In this document: positions 39,827-51,809 of the stretch, in pieces
How the letters are laid out: the number at the start of each line of letters is the position of its first letter
Position numbering within the stretch: the stretch's first letter is position 1
NCBI GenBank assembly: GCA_951406725.2
Contig: OX597826.1
Span: 32,302,001-32,366,000, forward strand
Source: Octopus vulgaris
Lineage: Eukaryota
Direction of reading: 5' to 3'
DNA: 64,000 nucleotides
Notes under the pieces: model-generated
Seen by the model: only the letters and a program-made list of their open reading frames with translations
The model's database searches: none
What the model was told of the DNA's origin: nothing
Program-made: the position numbers and the translations under genes

Positions 39827-40153
39827 GAGTGAAAGCACATGGTTTAGTGGTTAGGGCATTTAGTTCACAATTAAAAGGTTGTGAGTTCAATTCCCGATGA
39901 CGCATTGTGTCCTTGAGCAAAACGCTTTATTTCACGTTGCTCCAGTCCACTCAGCTGGCAAAAATAGGTAGTACTTGCATTTCAAAGGGCCAGCCTTGTC
40001 ACCCTCTGTGTCACACTGATTCTCCCTGAGAACTGTGTTAAGGGTACACGTGTCTGTGGAGTGCTCAGCCACTTGCACGTTAATTTCACGAGCAAGCTGT
40101 TCCATTGATTGTATCAGCTGGGACCCTACTTGTAACCGATGGAGTGCTTCTTT
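39827..40153 (+). mobile_element. Full-length SINE family D with 10-bp TSD
   Basis: TACTAAATGT at 39817-39826 and 40154-40163; A-box TGGTTTAGTGG, B-box GAGTTCAATTCC and TGTGTCCTTGAGCAA core. Confidence 0.9.
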
Positions 40154-40208
40154 TACTAAATGTAAATAAACCTACATTCTGGTAACATTAAAGCATCTAA
40201 TTTGATAG

Positions 40209-40282
40209 CAGTTTGCTCAATGTAATGGTAGCACATCTGTGTACATTACTGAAGATTTGGGTTTCAAATCCCACAGGTGGCT
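40209..40282 (+). pseudogene. Degenerate tRNA-like head
   Basis: AATGTAATGGTAGCAC (D-arm-like) and GGGTTTCAAATCCC (T-arm/B-box); no intact acceptor stem. Confidence 0.5.
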
Positions 40283-40599
40283 TTCCCACTCTTTTATTTT
40301 TACCATCTAATGATTTTTTTTTTAATCCAATGTATTAAAAGCTTTTATTTACACCTGAATTCACTTAGAGACCAAATCATTTATAAAGATTTATTTACAT
40401 ATTTGTTGATGTCCCTGGGTTTGCTTTCTAAGCATAAATGAAATATATTACCTGAAACATGTATAAACACAGAAAGAATGAGAGTAATTGATTCAAAAGC
40501 CTTCACTTGCAAAATTGTAGATGGCATGGAATGAGTTAATGCTAGGATGTTTCCACATGGCTAGCAACCTCCACTGCGAATTCTTATATCACCACCACC

Positions 40600-40632
<33 letters not shown>

Positions 40633-40998
40633 GACAGCAGCTGCAGCAGCTTGCATGGGTCAGATGATAGTACACTGGGGCAGAATTTCTATGGTTGGAT
40701 ACCCTTCTTGTTCCCAACCCCCACATGTTTCCTGTTTCCTAATGTGGATACAATCACCCAGTATATCAAATAACAAATACACTCACAAGGCCTTAATCAC
40801 CTTGGGTACCATAACAGAAAATACTTGCTTAAGGTACCACACAGTAGGACTGAACTCAAAAGTGCATCATTTGGAACAGAACTTTTAAACTTTTAACCAC
40901 AGAGCCACATGTGTGGCTCTGCTTTCAAGAGAAATATATGCTAGAAAACTACTATTTGTAAATCTCACAACGAGAGATTTCCAGCAACAGTACTTTGG

Positions 40999-41124
40999 AG
41001 TAAAGATTATTTGCCAACATAACATGGCAGTCCTGGTTTGGGGCAAATGTCTCCTGTGGTTAAATTACAGCAACATTCGTCCTAAACCAGGACTGCCATG
41101 TTATGTTGGCAAATAATCTTTACT
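40999..41124. mobile_element. Internally deleted Kolobok-like MITE forming a near-perfect hairpin
   Basis: Perfect 42-bp inverted repeat at 40998-41039 / 41084-41125; same TIR as 2550-2802. Confidence 0.9.
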
Positions 41125-42021
41125 CAAGAAATATAAGCTGTTGGACGAAATATATATATACATACAATGCCATGTGGCAGTCGTAAGTAGTTACAAACCA
41201 ACGATGGATGCTTAGACAGTCGGCAGATCTCTCTATAACTCAGCTGTTGTTACTCTCATACCGCCAAAATAAACTTTGCCATTTGTAATTCCAAGGTTGA
41301 TAAAATAAATTACCAATGATAATTTAGAATAGGAATAATTGACTGTATCTTCCCAAGATGTCAGGCTTGGTACCTATTTATATATAAAACAACAGCAACA
41401 ACAACCACAACAACAACAATGAAACAATGAAACAACAACAAACCAATATTAAGAATGATGAAGGTATTGGAATGCGAGTCAGGAGGTAAGCATATGTCTA
41501 TGTCTATCTAGAATGTTCTTAGGAAACACAACATAAAGAACCAGTAAGTTATCTGATATGACATCAACGTCATGATCTGTAATATCAGGTCAACGCTGGA
41601 CCAATCTCAATCATGCTCTAACAAATTTGTCATTGATTAGAAATCGATTTAGTATCGAATTCTCCATGTTAGAAACATGTCAGATATAAGCTAATAATGA
41701 ATGCTATGTTTTGATCTCAGCCAAAAGGCTGAACCAACAAGAAATGTCATAGACTTGCTAGAAATAGCAATGAGATTTCCCCACCCAAAATCACAGTTGA
41801 TCGTCTTAATGAAGGTATGAAGTACACGTTGGATAATATAGTTCTTGACATGGCATAGTTGTGAAAAGATGAAAAAAAAAAAATGACATGAAATGATTAT
41901 GGCTTGGATGCCACTAATCAGAACATAACCATTGTGGGTAGGGTGGGGGTGCGGAAGCTAAGCGGCAATCATTACTTGGCAAGCTATGCTAGGTATTGAG
42001 AATAGAATTCAGGCGTAAAAT

Positions 42022-42478
42022 TATCATCCTCATCACCACCACCACCACTACCACCGCCACCATCATAACCGTCGTCATCACCATCATAACCATCATCACC
42101 ACCATCATAATCATCACCACCATCACTACCATCACAATCATAACCATCATCACCACCATCACCATCATAACCATCATCATCACCATCACCATCATAACCA
42201 TCGTCATCACCATCATAACCATCATCACCACCATCACCACCATCACCATCATAACCATCATCACCACCATCACCATCATAACCAACGTCATCACCATCAT
42301 AACCATCATCACTGCCATCATAATCATCACCACCATCACTACAATCACAATCATAACCATCATTACCATCACAATCATAACAATCATCACCATCATAACC
42401 ATCATCATCACCATCATAATCACCCCCACCATCCCCACCATCACCCCCACCATCACCCCCACCATCACCCCCACCACA
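42022..42478. repeat. ~450-bp degenerate (CAT/CAC/AAC)n tract ending in (ATCACCCCCACC)n
   Basis: Directly visible. Confidence 0.9.
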
Positions 42479-42886
42479 CCATCGTATTTACTGATGTGTT
42501 TTGTTGTCTGCCAAGCAGATAATAATTCATAGGGTCTACACTGAACAGCAGGAGTCCAAACAATGACAAGAAAGAATAGATACGTGCGTTATTGTGAATT
42601 AATTATGTCTCAAAGAGAATACCAAAACATTTTATCAACAATTCAGTGAAGTTTGATGCAAAACTGACCATCAACTTTCCAGTTTGAGCCATTCAAGTTG
42701 AGCTTCTTCACTATTGAATTTGGTTATGTGGGTCAATAGCTTGAACAAGTACAGGCTTGCTGGGTGATTGTCATCATTATCATCGTCACCACCACCACCA
42801 CCACAAGAGGTGTTTAGAAGAGGGACTAAGAAGTTCAGAGGGCTAATTTATGTATATATAAATATACATATATATACACTCACATA

Positions 42887-42946
<60 letters not shown>

Positions 42947-42958
42947 TAGATATATATA

Positions 42959-43132
42959 CCGGAGTAAACACATAAATGTGAAACAAGGTGGAAAAAGAGT
43001 ACTCAAATACCAGGGGTAGAGTAATATGCTTTATTCAAAAGCAGCAGAAATTCAACAAAACCTGTTACTCAGAGTTTCACGTTCCCGTTCGTCGGACAGT
43101 TTTTGTTAAATTTCTGCTGCTTTTAAATAAAG
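42959..43132 (-). mobile_element. Penelope-like pLTR fragment with fold-back, in (TA)n
   Basis: Flanked by (TA)n; contains a hammerhead followed on the minus strand by AATAAA; 37-bp inverted arms at 43029-43065 / 43096-43132. Confidence 0.65.
43062..43099 (-). ncRNA. Minimal type-I hammerhead ribozyme (U4C core variant)
   Basis: Minus strand reads CUGU-CCGACGA-ACG(GGAA)CGU-GAAA-CUC(U)GAG-UA-ACAG. All three stems pair; GUA triplet ends at 43066. Confidence 0.8.
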
Positions 43133-43234
43133 TATATATATATATATACACATATACATGTATACACTTATAGATAGATACTATCCCTTATAGAGAGATA
43201 CCTTAGTTGGTGGATTCACAACCTCTAATTCTCT

Positions 43235-43285
<51 letters not shown>

Positions 43286-43292
43286 ATGTATA

Positions 43293-43496
43293 TAGGGGAG
43301 TATTCACAAAAAAACAAAAGACAAAGACAGGTGGTGTAGAAAACGAACAGATGTATTAGTGTAACGCTCAGGAATTGAAAAAGTCTTTTATGTTTCGAGC
43401 CGATGCTCTTCCACAGAAAGGAACACAGAAAGAAACAAGGAGAGAAATAAGGAGAGAAAAAAATGTTTGTAGTGGCTACCGATCTATCATGGTGAC
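43293..43496 (-). mobile_element. Second Penelope-like pLTR fragment in (TA)n
   Basis: Unique island between (TA)n tracts carrying a hammerhead-like motif. Confidence 0.55.
43385..43420 (-). ncRNA. Degenerate minimal hammerhead-like motif
   Basis: Minus strand reads CUUU-CUGUGGA-A-GAGC(AUCG)GCUC-GAAA-CAUA-AAAG. A6 is substituted and the stem III CG appears decayed to CA. Confidence 0.55.
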
Positions 43497-43519
43497 ATAT
43501 ATATACATATACACACATA

Positions 43520-43737
43520 CAAGGCAGAGTATTGAAAAGTTCCTGGTTTGAGTAAAAGAAGATACAGGAGGATCAGTTAATTATGATTTTATTCAACATA
43601 TTCCCCTCTCAGATTAATGCACTTATTGCAGCAGTCCTTCAGATTTTCTAGGCCCTGTAAAAATTCTCAGAGGGCTGGGCCTCCAGCCAGGCTTTTCATG
43701 ATACCCCTAAAGCCAGGAACTTTTTAGCACCCCCTTG
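43520..43737. mobile_element. mariner-like MITE
   Basis: TA|CAAGGCAGAGTATTGAAAAGTTCCTGGTTT versus AAGCCAGGAACTTTTTAGCACCCCCTTG imperfect TIRs. Confidence 0.7.
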
Positions 43738-43794
43738 AAGACCTATTTAACACTGTGTTTTATACATAAATATTTTATTCAATTGTTTTAACAA

Positions 43795-44245
43795 GGTAGC
43801 AAGCTGGGAAAATTGTTAGCAGGCTGGGCAAAATATTTAGTGGCATTTCATGTGTCCTCATGTTCTGAGTTCAAATTCAGCAAAGGTCAACTCTACCTTT
43901 CATCCATTTCGGGATTCATAAAATAAGTACCAGTAGAGCACTAGGGGCCAATGTAACTGACTTAACCTCCTCCTCCAAAATTGCTGGCCTTGTACCAAAA
44001 TTTGAAATCAATATATCAAGGCAATGAGCTGGCAGCATTGTTGGCACACTGGCACATGGGGCAGAATGCATAGTGGCATTTCATACATCCTTACGTTCTG
44101 AGTTCAAATCCCATCAGGACGATTTTACCTTTCATCCATTATGGGGGGGCCAATAAAATAAGAACCAGGAGAGCACTGGGGTCGATGTAATTGACTTATT
44201 CCTCCCCTCTCCCGAAATTGCTGGCCCTCTGCAAAATTTGAAATC
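43795..44245 (+). mobile_element. Two tandem SINE family A copies
   Basis: Heads at ~43795 and ~44020, each ending GCTGGCC(T/C)T...CAAAATTTGAAATC. Confidence 0.85.
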
Positions 44246-44374
44246 CATATATTAGCTGAGAGGCCTGAAGCAACATTTTCGGCTCAAGAATACAACATAT
44301 TGCCTGGTCAAGGAATTGAAAGCATGATCTTGTGATTATGAGAAAAGTTAAACCTTCTTAAGTTATACTGATTC

Positions 44375-44560
44375 AGAAGGCCCAGTTTCATAGTTTCAGG
44401 GCATAAAAATTCCCCAAATGGACATTTTTGCCAGCCAAGTGGACTGGAGCAAAGTTAAATGAAGTGTTTTGCTAAAGAACACAATGCTTCACCTGATCCA
44501 GGAATCAAAACCGCAATCTTACAATCACTAGCACAACACCTTAACCACTGGGCCACACAC
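44375..44560 (-). mobile_element. SINE with family D head
   Basis: Reverse complement GTGGCCCAGTGGTTAAGG...TTTGATTCCTGGA...TGTGTTCTTTAGCAAAACACTTCATTTAACTTTGCTCCAGTCCACT. Confidence 0.7.
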
Positions 44561-45561
44561 CTAGTTTTTCCATTCAAATACAAGCTGAAGTCTTCGAGGT
44601 TGTTCTAAAAACTCTGTCTGCTTTCAAGCAATTGTATTTCTTTAAGTCATTGTAAAACTATATCAATGGTTTCCATCATCAACGTGTTTGATCAGAATGT
44701 TATCAAAGAATTATTCAAAATACAGTAAAAAGTCTTTCATAAAAATCTCATAGAATATAATATTTTTTATGTAATTTAATCACCATTTTGCCATGATCTG
44801 TGCTGCATCCAATCTTATTTGGTGTCATATGAAAACTGAAGATCTTTTCTGTCGAAGAATTTAAGTTCTTATTTCAGAGATTTGAACATACATAAATTTA
44901 TAGAGATATTTTTTTACATGTCTTCTTGTTGGAATCATTGAATTTCAAGACATTTTATCAGACTTTATCTTAAATCTTAGTCTTAATTTTTTTATACGTA
45001 TAGATTTCACTGCAATATTGAAGCTAATTAAATTTAGAATAAGACATACAAACGAATAAAGAGATAAGAATGTATTATAAGGGAGTGTTTGCTTGTAAAA
45101 GTGGTTTTTCTTTGTTTCCTCCTGTTTTGCTTGCTGGAGCAATGGAATATGTATGAGAAAGAGAGAGAGACAGAAAGAGAGGGAGAAAGTGTGCTTACAA
45201 TGGAAGGAAATAGAAGATTACTTGAAATTAAAATGAAACAGATTAGAAACAAGCTGCTAAAAGATAGATTGATGGTGTGTCGTAACATCAGGCAAAAAGT
45301 AAACTAAGACAGTAAAAGGGGATTTATGGAAATTTTAAAAAGGGAGAAGGAGATTGTAAAAGGGCTGATGAAAAGAAATCAGGGGACAATGTCAGATTAC
45401 AGTCAGCTCGCAAGAAGATATGAAAGTGAGTGCGAAAGAAATGCATACGTGAAAACACTCATTTGCATACAAGCAATGCAACTGAGAACTTGGACGCTTT
45501 CACATGCACATCTAATCAATAAACAAGACAAAAAATACAGATAATTGTTGAAGCATGCAGA

Positions 45562-45605
<44 letters not shown>

Positions 45606-45622
45606 TACAGACGTACACATGT

Positions 45623-45670
<48 letters not shown>

Positions 45671-47024
45671 AGATACAGATGCTTACACTTATGGTGAAAC
45701 AATGCGAAAAGAATGGTTGCCTCTTCCCTGTATGAGTAATGTATTGTCAATTAAAGAGGTTGAAATATATACATAACGGTAGAACTGAAAACCACAAAAG
45801 GTCCCTGTTATTATATGCATTACAACATTACTTTATAGGCGGAAGTCATGGGAGAGGTTCCAGATAATTGAGGGATTTGTTGAATAAATGACAATATGAA
45901 TAAAAGAGAAAATGAATGAGGAGAAAGAAAAAAATAAACAAAAATGATAAATGTGAGAAAGAAAATAAGATGAAGAGTTTATCTGAGGGAAATTTATAAA
46001 AGAGAAAATAGTGAAAACAAAATCGTGGTTTTTTTATTGAATTTGTGATAAAATAATAGCGAATGAAAGAAACAAAAAAAGATACAAAAAAAAAAGAAAA
46101 ACTTGCAACAATCTATGATCATGTAAGGTTGGAGGTGTAGAAGTTTCTGTACCAAAGTTTATTTTGAAAACTAAGAGGGGAATAACCCAACAGTCAATTT
46201 GAAGAGAACTGGAAAAAATATATTTAGTAAAAATAAGAAACAAATATAATTTTAAAAAAAAGTACGTTAAAGTCTGTCTTAGATACAAATTTTTTTTGTT
46301 TTAGATAAAATATACAATAAGAGAGTGAGTGAAGGAGTAAGCGAGTGGAATGAATAAAGTAAAGGATAAAGAATGAAATAAATACAAATAAATTGAAGAA
46401 AGAATTGTCTTTGATTTGAAGAAAGGAAACAAAACAAAGGATAGAAGAATAAAAATATAAAGAAAAAACAGAACAAAGCGAATTAAGACAATGTTAGATT
46501 AACAAATAAAGGATGAAAATTGAATGAAAGAATTTAAAAAAATAACAATAATCAAATAACAATAAAGAAAATAAACAATTATCCAGTCACTAAAAGAAAT
46601 AAATAAAAAAAGGAGAAAGAAATGGAGTAAAACAAACGATAAGAATGAGGAATAAATAGTAAAGATAAAAAGGAGATAGTAGGTAGGGTGTTTATTGTCA
46701 AGGGAGTGGGTACATTGAATGAATGAGTCGGTGAATAAGTTGGTTTGCACAAAACAACAATCTGTACTAAATGAATAATTTTCTTTCATGTTACAAACTC
46801 CTTCCATCATTACATTCCTTTATCCCCTGCACTTTTCCTCTACGCAATTATCTCCCTTTATCTCATTTACACTTTCTCTACACCATAACTATCATCTCTA
46901 CAAATTCCACCAAAGACAAAAAAGAAAAATAGAACGAAGTCTGAATAAATTTTAAAAGTTAATATTTCACTAATGAAGGAATTTTTTTAAGAGTATGGTC
47001 TTCATATTATTTACGTTATTTCTG

Positions 47025-47085
47025 ATATATACATATATATATATATATAAAAACTATATATATATAGTTTATATATATATAGTCT

Positions 47086-47156
<71 letters not shown>

Positions 47157-48051
47157 CTATTTATATATATAATTTTTTTAGCTGTATTGAATAGAAAAAC
47201 AATGAAAATGTTTTTGTAGATCTTTGATTTTATTTTTCAGTTATTTTTCTTTTGCCACTTTTTTTTGTTCAGTGTAAAACCCTAATGTTTTTGTATGAAT
47301 GAAAAGTTTTGCTGTGATAAATGATAGTTTAGTAAGCCTTGTAGCAAGATAAAAAAAATAGACACTAAAATAACAAATGTATAAGAAAACAAAAAGATCT
47401 GTGGTGATATAGATTTTATTGGTAGATGCTAAAACAATGCAAAATTTGTGTGTTATAGCCTTAATAATAATATGTTGTCAATAATTCAGTTATAATAATG
47501 ATAATCTTAAAGAACAGAATTTTTGACAATGTTTTTGTTACAAAAGAGAGTAAGGAAAATCCTAACTAAAATTGAATTATTTTTCAGCTTTAGTGAATAT
47601 CTGACAGAAACAGTGGAGAGAAATTTTTGCTGATTATTAATGGTCAGATAAACAAGAACTTTTTAAATAGATAAATCTCAGTGTGTTTATACCAACCATT
47701 TAAATGAAAGTCTACTCAATTCACCTGTGTATTACTGGTATTTGCCTTACACCAAAATGATTAAAACTGCATTATCAGAAATTAAAAGGATTTATTAAAA
47801 AAGAAAAAACCCTCAGAAGATTAATAACAATGTATTTAGATGGAGAGATTTTCGTGATAGAACTGTATGACTGGATGCTTTTCCTGTCATCAAACTTCAC
47901 CTTTTGAATTAAAGAATGGAATATTTCATTCCAGAAGTTTCCAAATGACTAGTCATAATGACAACAAGGAATGTTAACATTCATGTGCATGCTTTCATGC
48001 ATATACACATATATACATGTGCCTCTCTATATACATGCCTCTCTTTATTGC

Positions 48052-48094
<43 letters not shown>

Positions 48095-48235
48095 CTCTCT
48101 CTCTCTCTCTATACATATATTTATTTATATATACACACACACACATATATGCATATATATATATATATATATATATATGCATATACATGTACATATATGC
48201 ATATACATGTACATGTAACTTCCTCTCTTTCTCTG

Positions 48236-48272
<37 letters not shown>

Positions 48273-48280
48273 ACATACAC
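47025..48280. repeat. (TA)n/(CA)n/(CT)n microsatellites (47025-47170 and 48000-48280)
   Basis: Directly visible. Confidence 0.85.
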
Positions 48281-50522
48281 AGAGAACATGATTATTTCAG
48301 TTTCAACCTACTAAATCTCGTCATAAAGTTTTTGTCAGTTAATATTTTATAAGAATTAAAGTCTAATATAAATGCCATAGAAAACCATTAATGATTCTTA
48401 TTGTCTTTTACAATAAGATACATTTTGTGGAGATTATAAATTCCTCAGTTGTACAAACATGCTTTTCATCAAACATCACTTCTAATCGCTTAGCTTTATG
48501 TTTATAATTTAGTGTCGACGTATTTGCATTATCGAGAAAAAATATGATTTATTTTCATTAGGTTAGAGAAAAAGTATCTAACTCTTAGCGTAAAACTGAA
48601 GATTTTGAATGCAAAAAGAAATTTATTTGATTTCATGTCATTTTAGAATCTTTAAAATTGATAACAGGCAGCACATCAGGTTGCTGACTAACTTTATTGA
48701 CAGTCGAAACCAGAAATAGGAATAATTGCAGTTCCGAAAGTAACAAAAGCAAAATAGAAATTAAATAAAAAAACCCAACCAGGAACTAAAAATAAAATAT
48801 TGTCTTTCTATGATTGCTTTCGTCTTTTTAGCAATGAGAGATAGACTCTAGGAAAGTTGAAAAGTATTCATATTTTTATATTTGTTAGAGTTCACTTAGA
48901 AAATAGAATGTTTCCATTTCATACCCATGCCAACATGTAAGAAGAAAATGCAGCCTCAGCAGCAGCAGCAGCAGCAGAAATAGTAACTTGCTGATGATGA
49001 GAATGGGAAGGAATTTTTGCATGGAAAATGATAAAGAGTAGGAAATGGATGATGGAAACTTATGATATTTTCATGTTTATAAATAAGTATTTTTATATCC
49101 TTTACATCAGATGCTTTGCATGGTAGCACACAAGTATCATGTAGGATGCATGTGAAAAGAATAACCACATGAATATTTATCTGAATTTTCATATACTATT
49201 CCTATATATTTACATGAGTACTCATAGCTAATTTATCGAATAACATTCATGAAACGATGAATATATCAGTTATGAATCTTCTATAATACAACATAGATAA
49301 TGTTTTGAAAGTAGTGTATAGTCACTGAATACAAAGAGGTAGAAGGAATTAAATCCACTGTGTGTTATTTGAGATAACAACTGAAATTTGGTACCTTTTC
49401 TTGAATAAAACAAAAGCATATTAAATAAGTAAAAGAGTATGCGAGACCAGCTCACTAAAAAAGTGAGTTAGTTTCATGTAGCTTACTAAGTGACTCCGGA
49501 CTGAAGTTGAATTTGCTAGCTTTTATAACTGTAAGCCACATTTTCTAGAACCTTCAACAAAGTGTGGGAAAATCACACACTTTGCTTAAAGTTCAAAGTA
49601 TGGACCATAATACGTCAGCCTGTATTGATTGGCCTAGCCATATTTCTGATGACATTGATGTCTTTTATGGTGACACTTTTCCTTTTGTTATGGTTTAGAG
49701 CTGCTAGAGATGTAACATTTTGCCTCATCCTTAGTGTGTTCCAACAACTCAAAAATGAAACAGTCTCCAGAGACTGTAATTTTACTTAAATGGAGTAAAC
49801 ACTTTAGAAAAAAAGACTTCCAACCAGTGCCTTATTTTTGAGATGATTTCTCTCATAAATGCTTGAGAAAAAGGCTATCAATTAGTAGAATTAATAGATC
49901 ATTAGATAAACTGCATTGCAGTATACATTCTAGCTCTCTGTGATCTGAGTTCAAGACCCAGTTATGTCGATTTTGCCCTCCAGCTTTTCTGCAACTGATA
50001 AAGAAAGTATCATTCTAATACTGAGGTTTAGTGTTCTCTTTCTATCTGTTTCTCTCTGGATTGTATTATCTGTAAGTCAAAGGTGAGGTCATGTCACATC
50101 GTATCACACCGATCCTACTTGTGAACATTAAGATACATATATATGTGACTCTGGAATATTCAACCAGCCACATGTCCATTTCTTAATTAAAGATTCAGCT
50201 GTTTGAACCACTGGATGCTTATTGTGAAAAGCCACAGAAAAAACACGACTACAAAATACTCTCGGATTTTCACAGAATATCCGGCTTTCAATAAACAACT
50301 AGAAATATTGGAGCCAGATATTTGTGTGTGTGTGTGGGTGTGTGTGTGTGTATAAGTAGTATTGTAGTAGACAGGTCAAAAATGGAGATGAGACTATCAA
50401 TATTATAAATGTTATCAATTAATGCTGAGGCCTTTGAATATATATACATATATACACACCTATACATATACATACATAAATATATATATATTTATACATA
50501 TAAATACATACATACACACATT

Positions 50523-50574
<52 letters not shown>

Positions 50575-51259
50575 CCATACATATATATGTGTGTGTGTGT
50601 GTGTGTGTGTATACATATAGATACACATACACCTAATAAAATGAGAAAAGATGACTGCATCCTTCTGAGATGGCTCTCTTATGGAGCTAATCTATAGTGG
50701 TCTTGTTCTATATATATACATCCTGCTGTATGTTAAATAAAATGGTGAATGGTGATGGTATATTTTTTACTATATAAACAATGTAAATCTATTTCTTTCA
50801 CTACACTGTCTTCTACCTTTTTTTTCTTAAGTTTTGTTTTTAATATATATTTCTTCAATTGAAAAATATAGAAACATATATATTATTCCTATTCTTCTTT
50901 GTGGCAATAATATATTATAAAGGATGGCACAGTTTGAATAAATCCGCATATTGATCACAAGAAGGAAGACATTGTATATTGTTGTGCATGTTTGGAAGGG
51001 TGGTGCCGAAATTGTGATACGCTTCAGTTATTAATTCAAAGAATATCAAGTTTTTCAGTTGTTTAGGTAGGCACTTGGTAACAAGTCTGCTTTACAACCC
51101 TGTGGTTTCAGGTTCAGTCCCATTATGCAACTCTGTGGTCAAGTGTCTTTTACTATAGCAACCTCAGCCCAACCGATGCCTCTTTAATTAATTTGATAGA
51201 TGAAAAACTGTATAGAAGCTCATTGGACACACACACACACACATACACGTATGTACATG

Positions 51260-51478
51260 GGTACTAGGACAAAATCCACCCCATCCAGACAAAATCCCCC
51301 TCTGGACAAAATCCCCCACCAGACAAAATTCCCCCCAGTTGTTGATATCCCTCAGGATATTGTTCTTTCTTTACAATAGAAGTATTTTAGGAAAGGGAAA
51401 TTTTATGAAAAGATTTTTAATATTTATTAGTAGATATTTTTGTTTAAAATTTATCTGGGGGGATTTTGTCCTGATACC
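51260..51478. mobile_element. Mutator-like MITE with 9-bp TSD and subterminal tandem repeats
   Basis: TIR GGTACTAGGACAAAATCC / GGATTTTGTCCTGATACC; perfect TSD ATGTACATG (51251-51259 and 51479-51487); four GACAAAAT(C/T)C units on the left. Confidence 0.85.
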
Positions 51479-51585
51479 ATGTACATGTATATCTGTATAT
51501 TTATATGGATGAATATATGTATACATGTACATTATTTACATTATTTACATTTGACAGATATTTGTCCTCATCTTGTTTGTTGTGA

Positions 51586-51629
51586 ACACAATGCTTCAAC
51601 TGATATACCCTCCAGCCTTCATCAGGTGT
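51586..51629 (-). ncRNA. Minimal type-I hammerhead motif, decayed
   Basis: ACAC-CUGAUGA-A-GGCUG(GAGGGUAUAU)CAGUU-GAAG-CAUU-GUGU. Canonical CUGAUGA; stems I and II pair. The GAAAC-GUU region is altered by transitions. Confidence 0.65.
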
Positions 51630-51677
51630 CTTGGGAAAATTTCGAACCTGGGTTCTCATTCCTAAGGTATTTTTCGA

Positions 51678-51722
<45 letters not shown>

Positions 51723-51734
51723 TATTATTATTAT

Positions 51735-51809
51735 TCAGGTCACTGCCTGGAATCGAACTTGGAATCTTGGGGTTAGTAGCCCGCACTCTTAGCCATTGCG
51801 CCATATGCC
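51735..51809 (-). promoter_or_regulatory. tRNA-derived Pol III internal promoter (A and B boxes)
   Basis: A-box TGGCGCAATGG (51803-51793) and B-box GTTCGATTCC (51758-51749). Acceptor stem is not intact, so this is not a tRNA gene. Confidence 0.75.

Noticed and set aside
41989-42532. 162-178 aa ORFs resembling mucin or His-rich proteins
   Set aside because: They are a degenerate (CAT/CAC)n tract that stays open in several frames purely by composition.
51268-51336. CRISPR-like short repeats (GACAAAATCCCCC)
   Set aside because: The period is ~16-20 bp with no real spacers; these are subterminal repeats of a Mutator-like MITE in a eukaryotic context.
51735-51809. Functional tRNA gene with anticodon ACT
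   Set aside because: The acceptor and anticodon stems are imperfect, the anticodon is atypical and the sequence is embedded in a repeat; it is treated as a SINE-type head.
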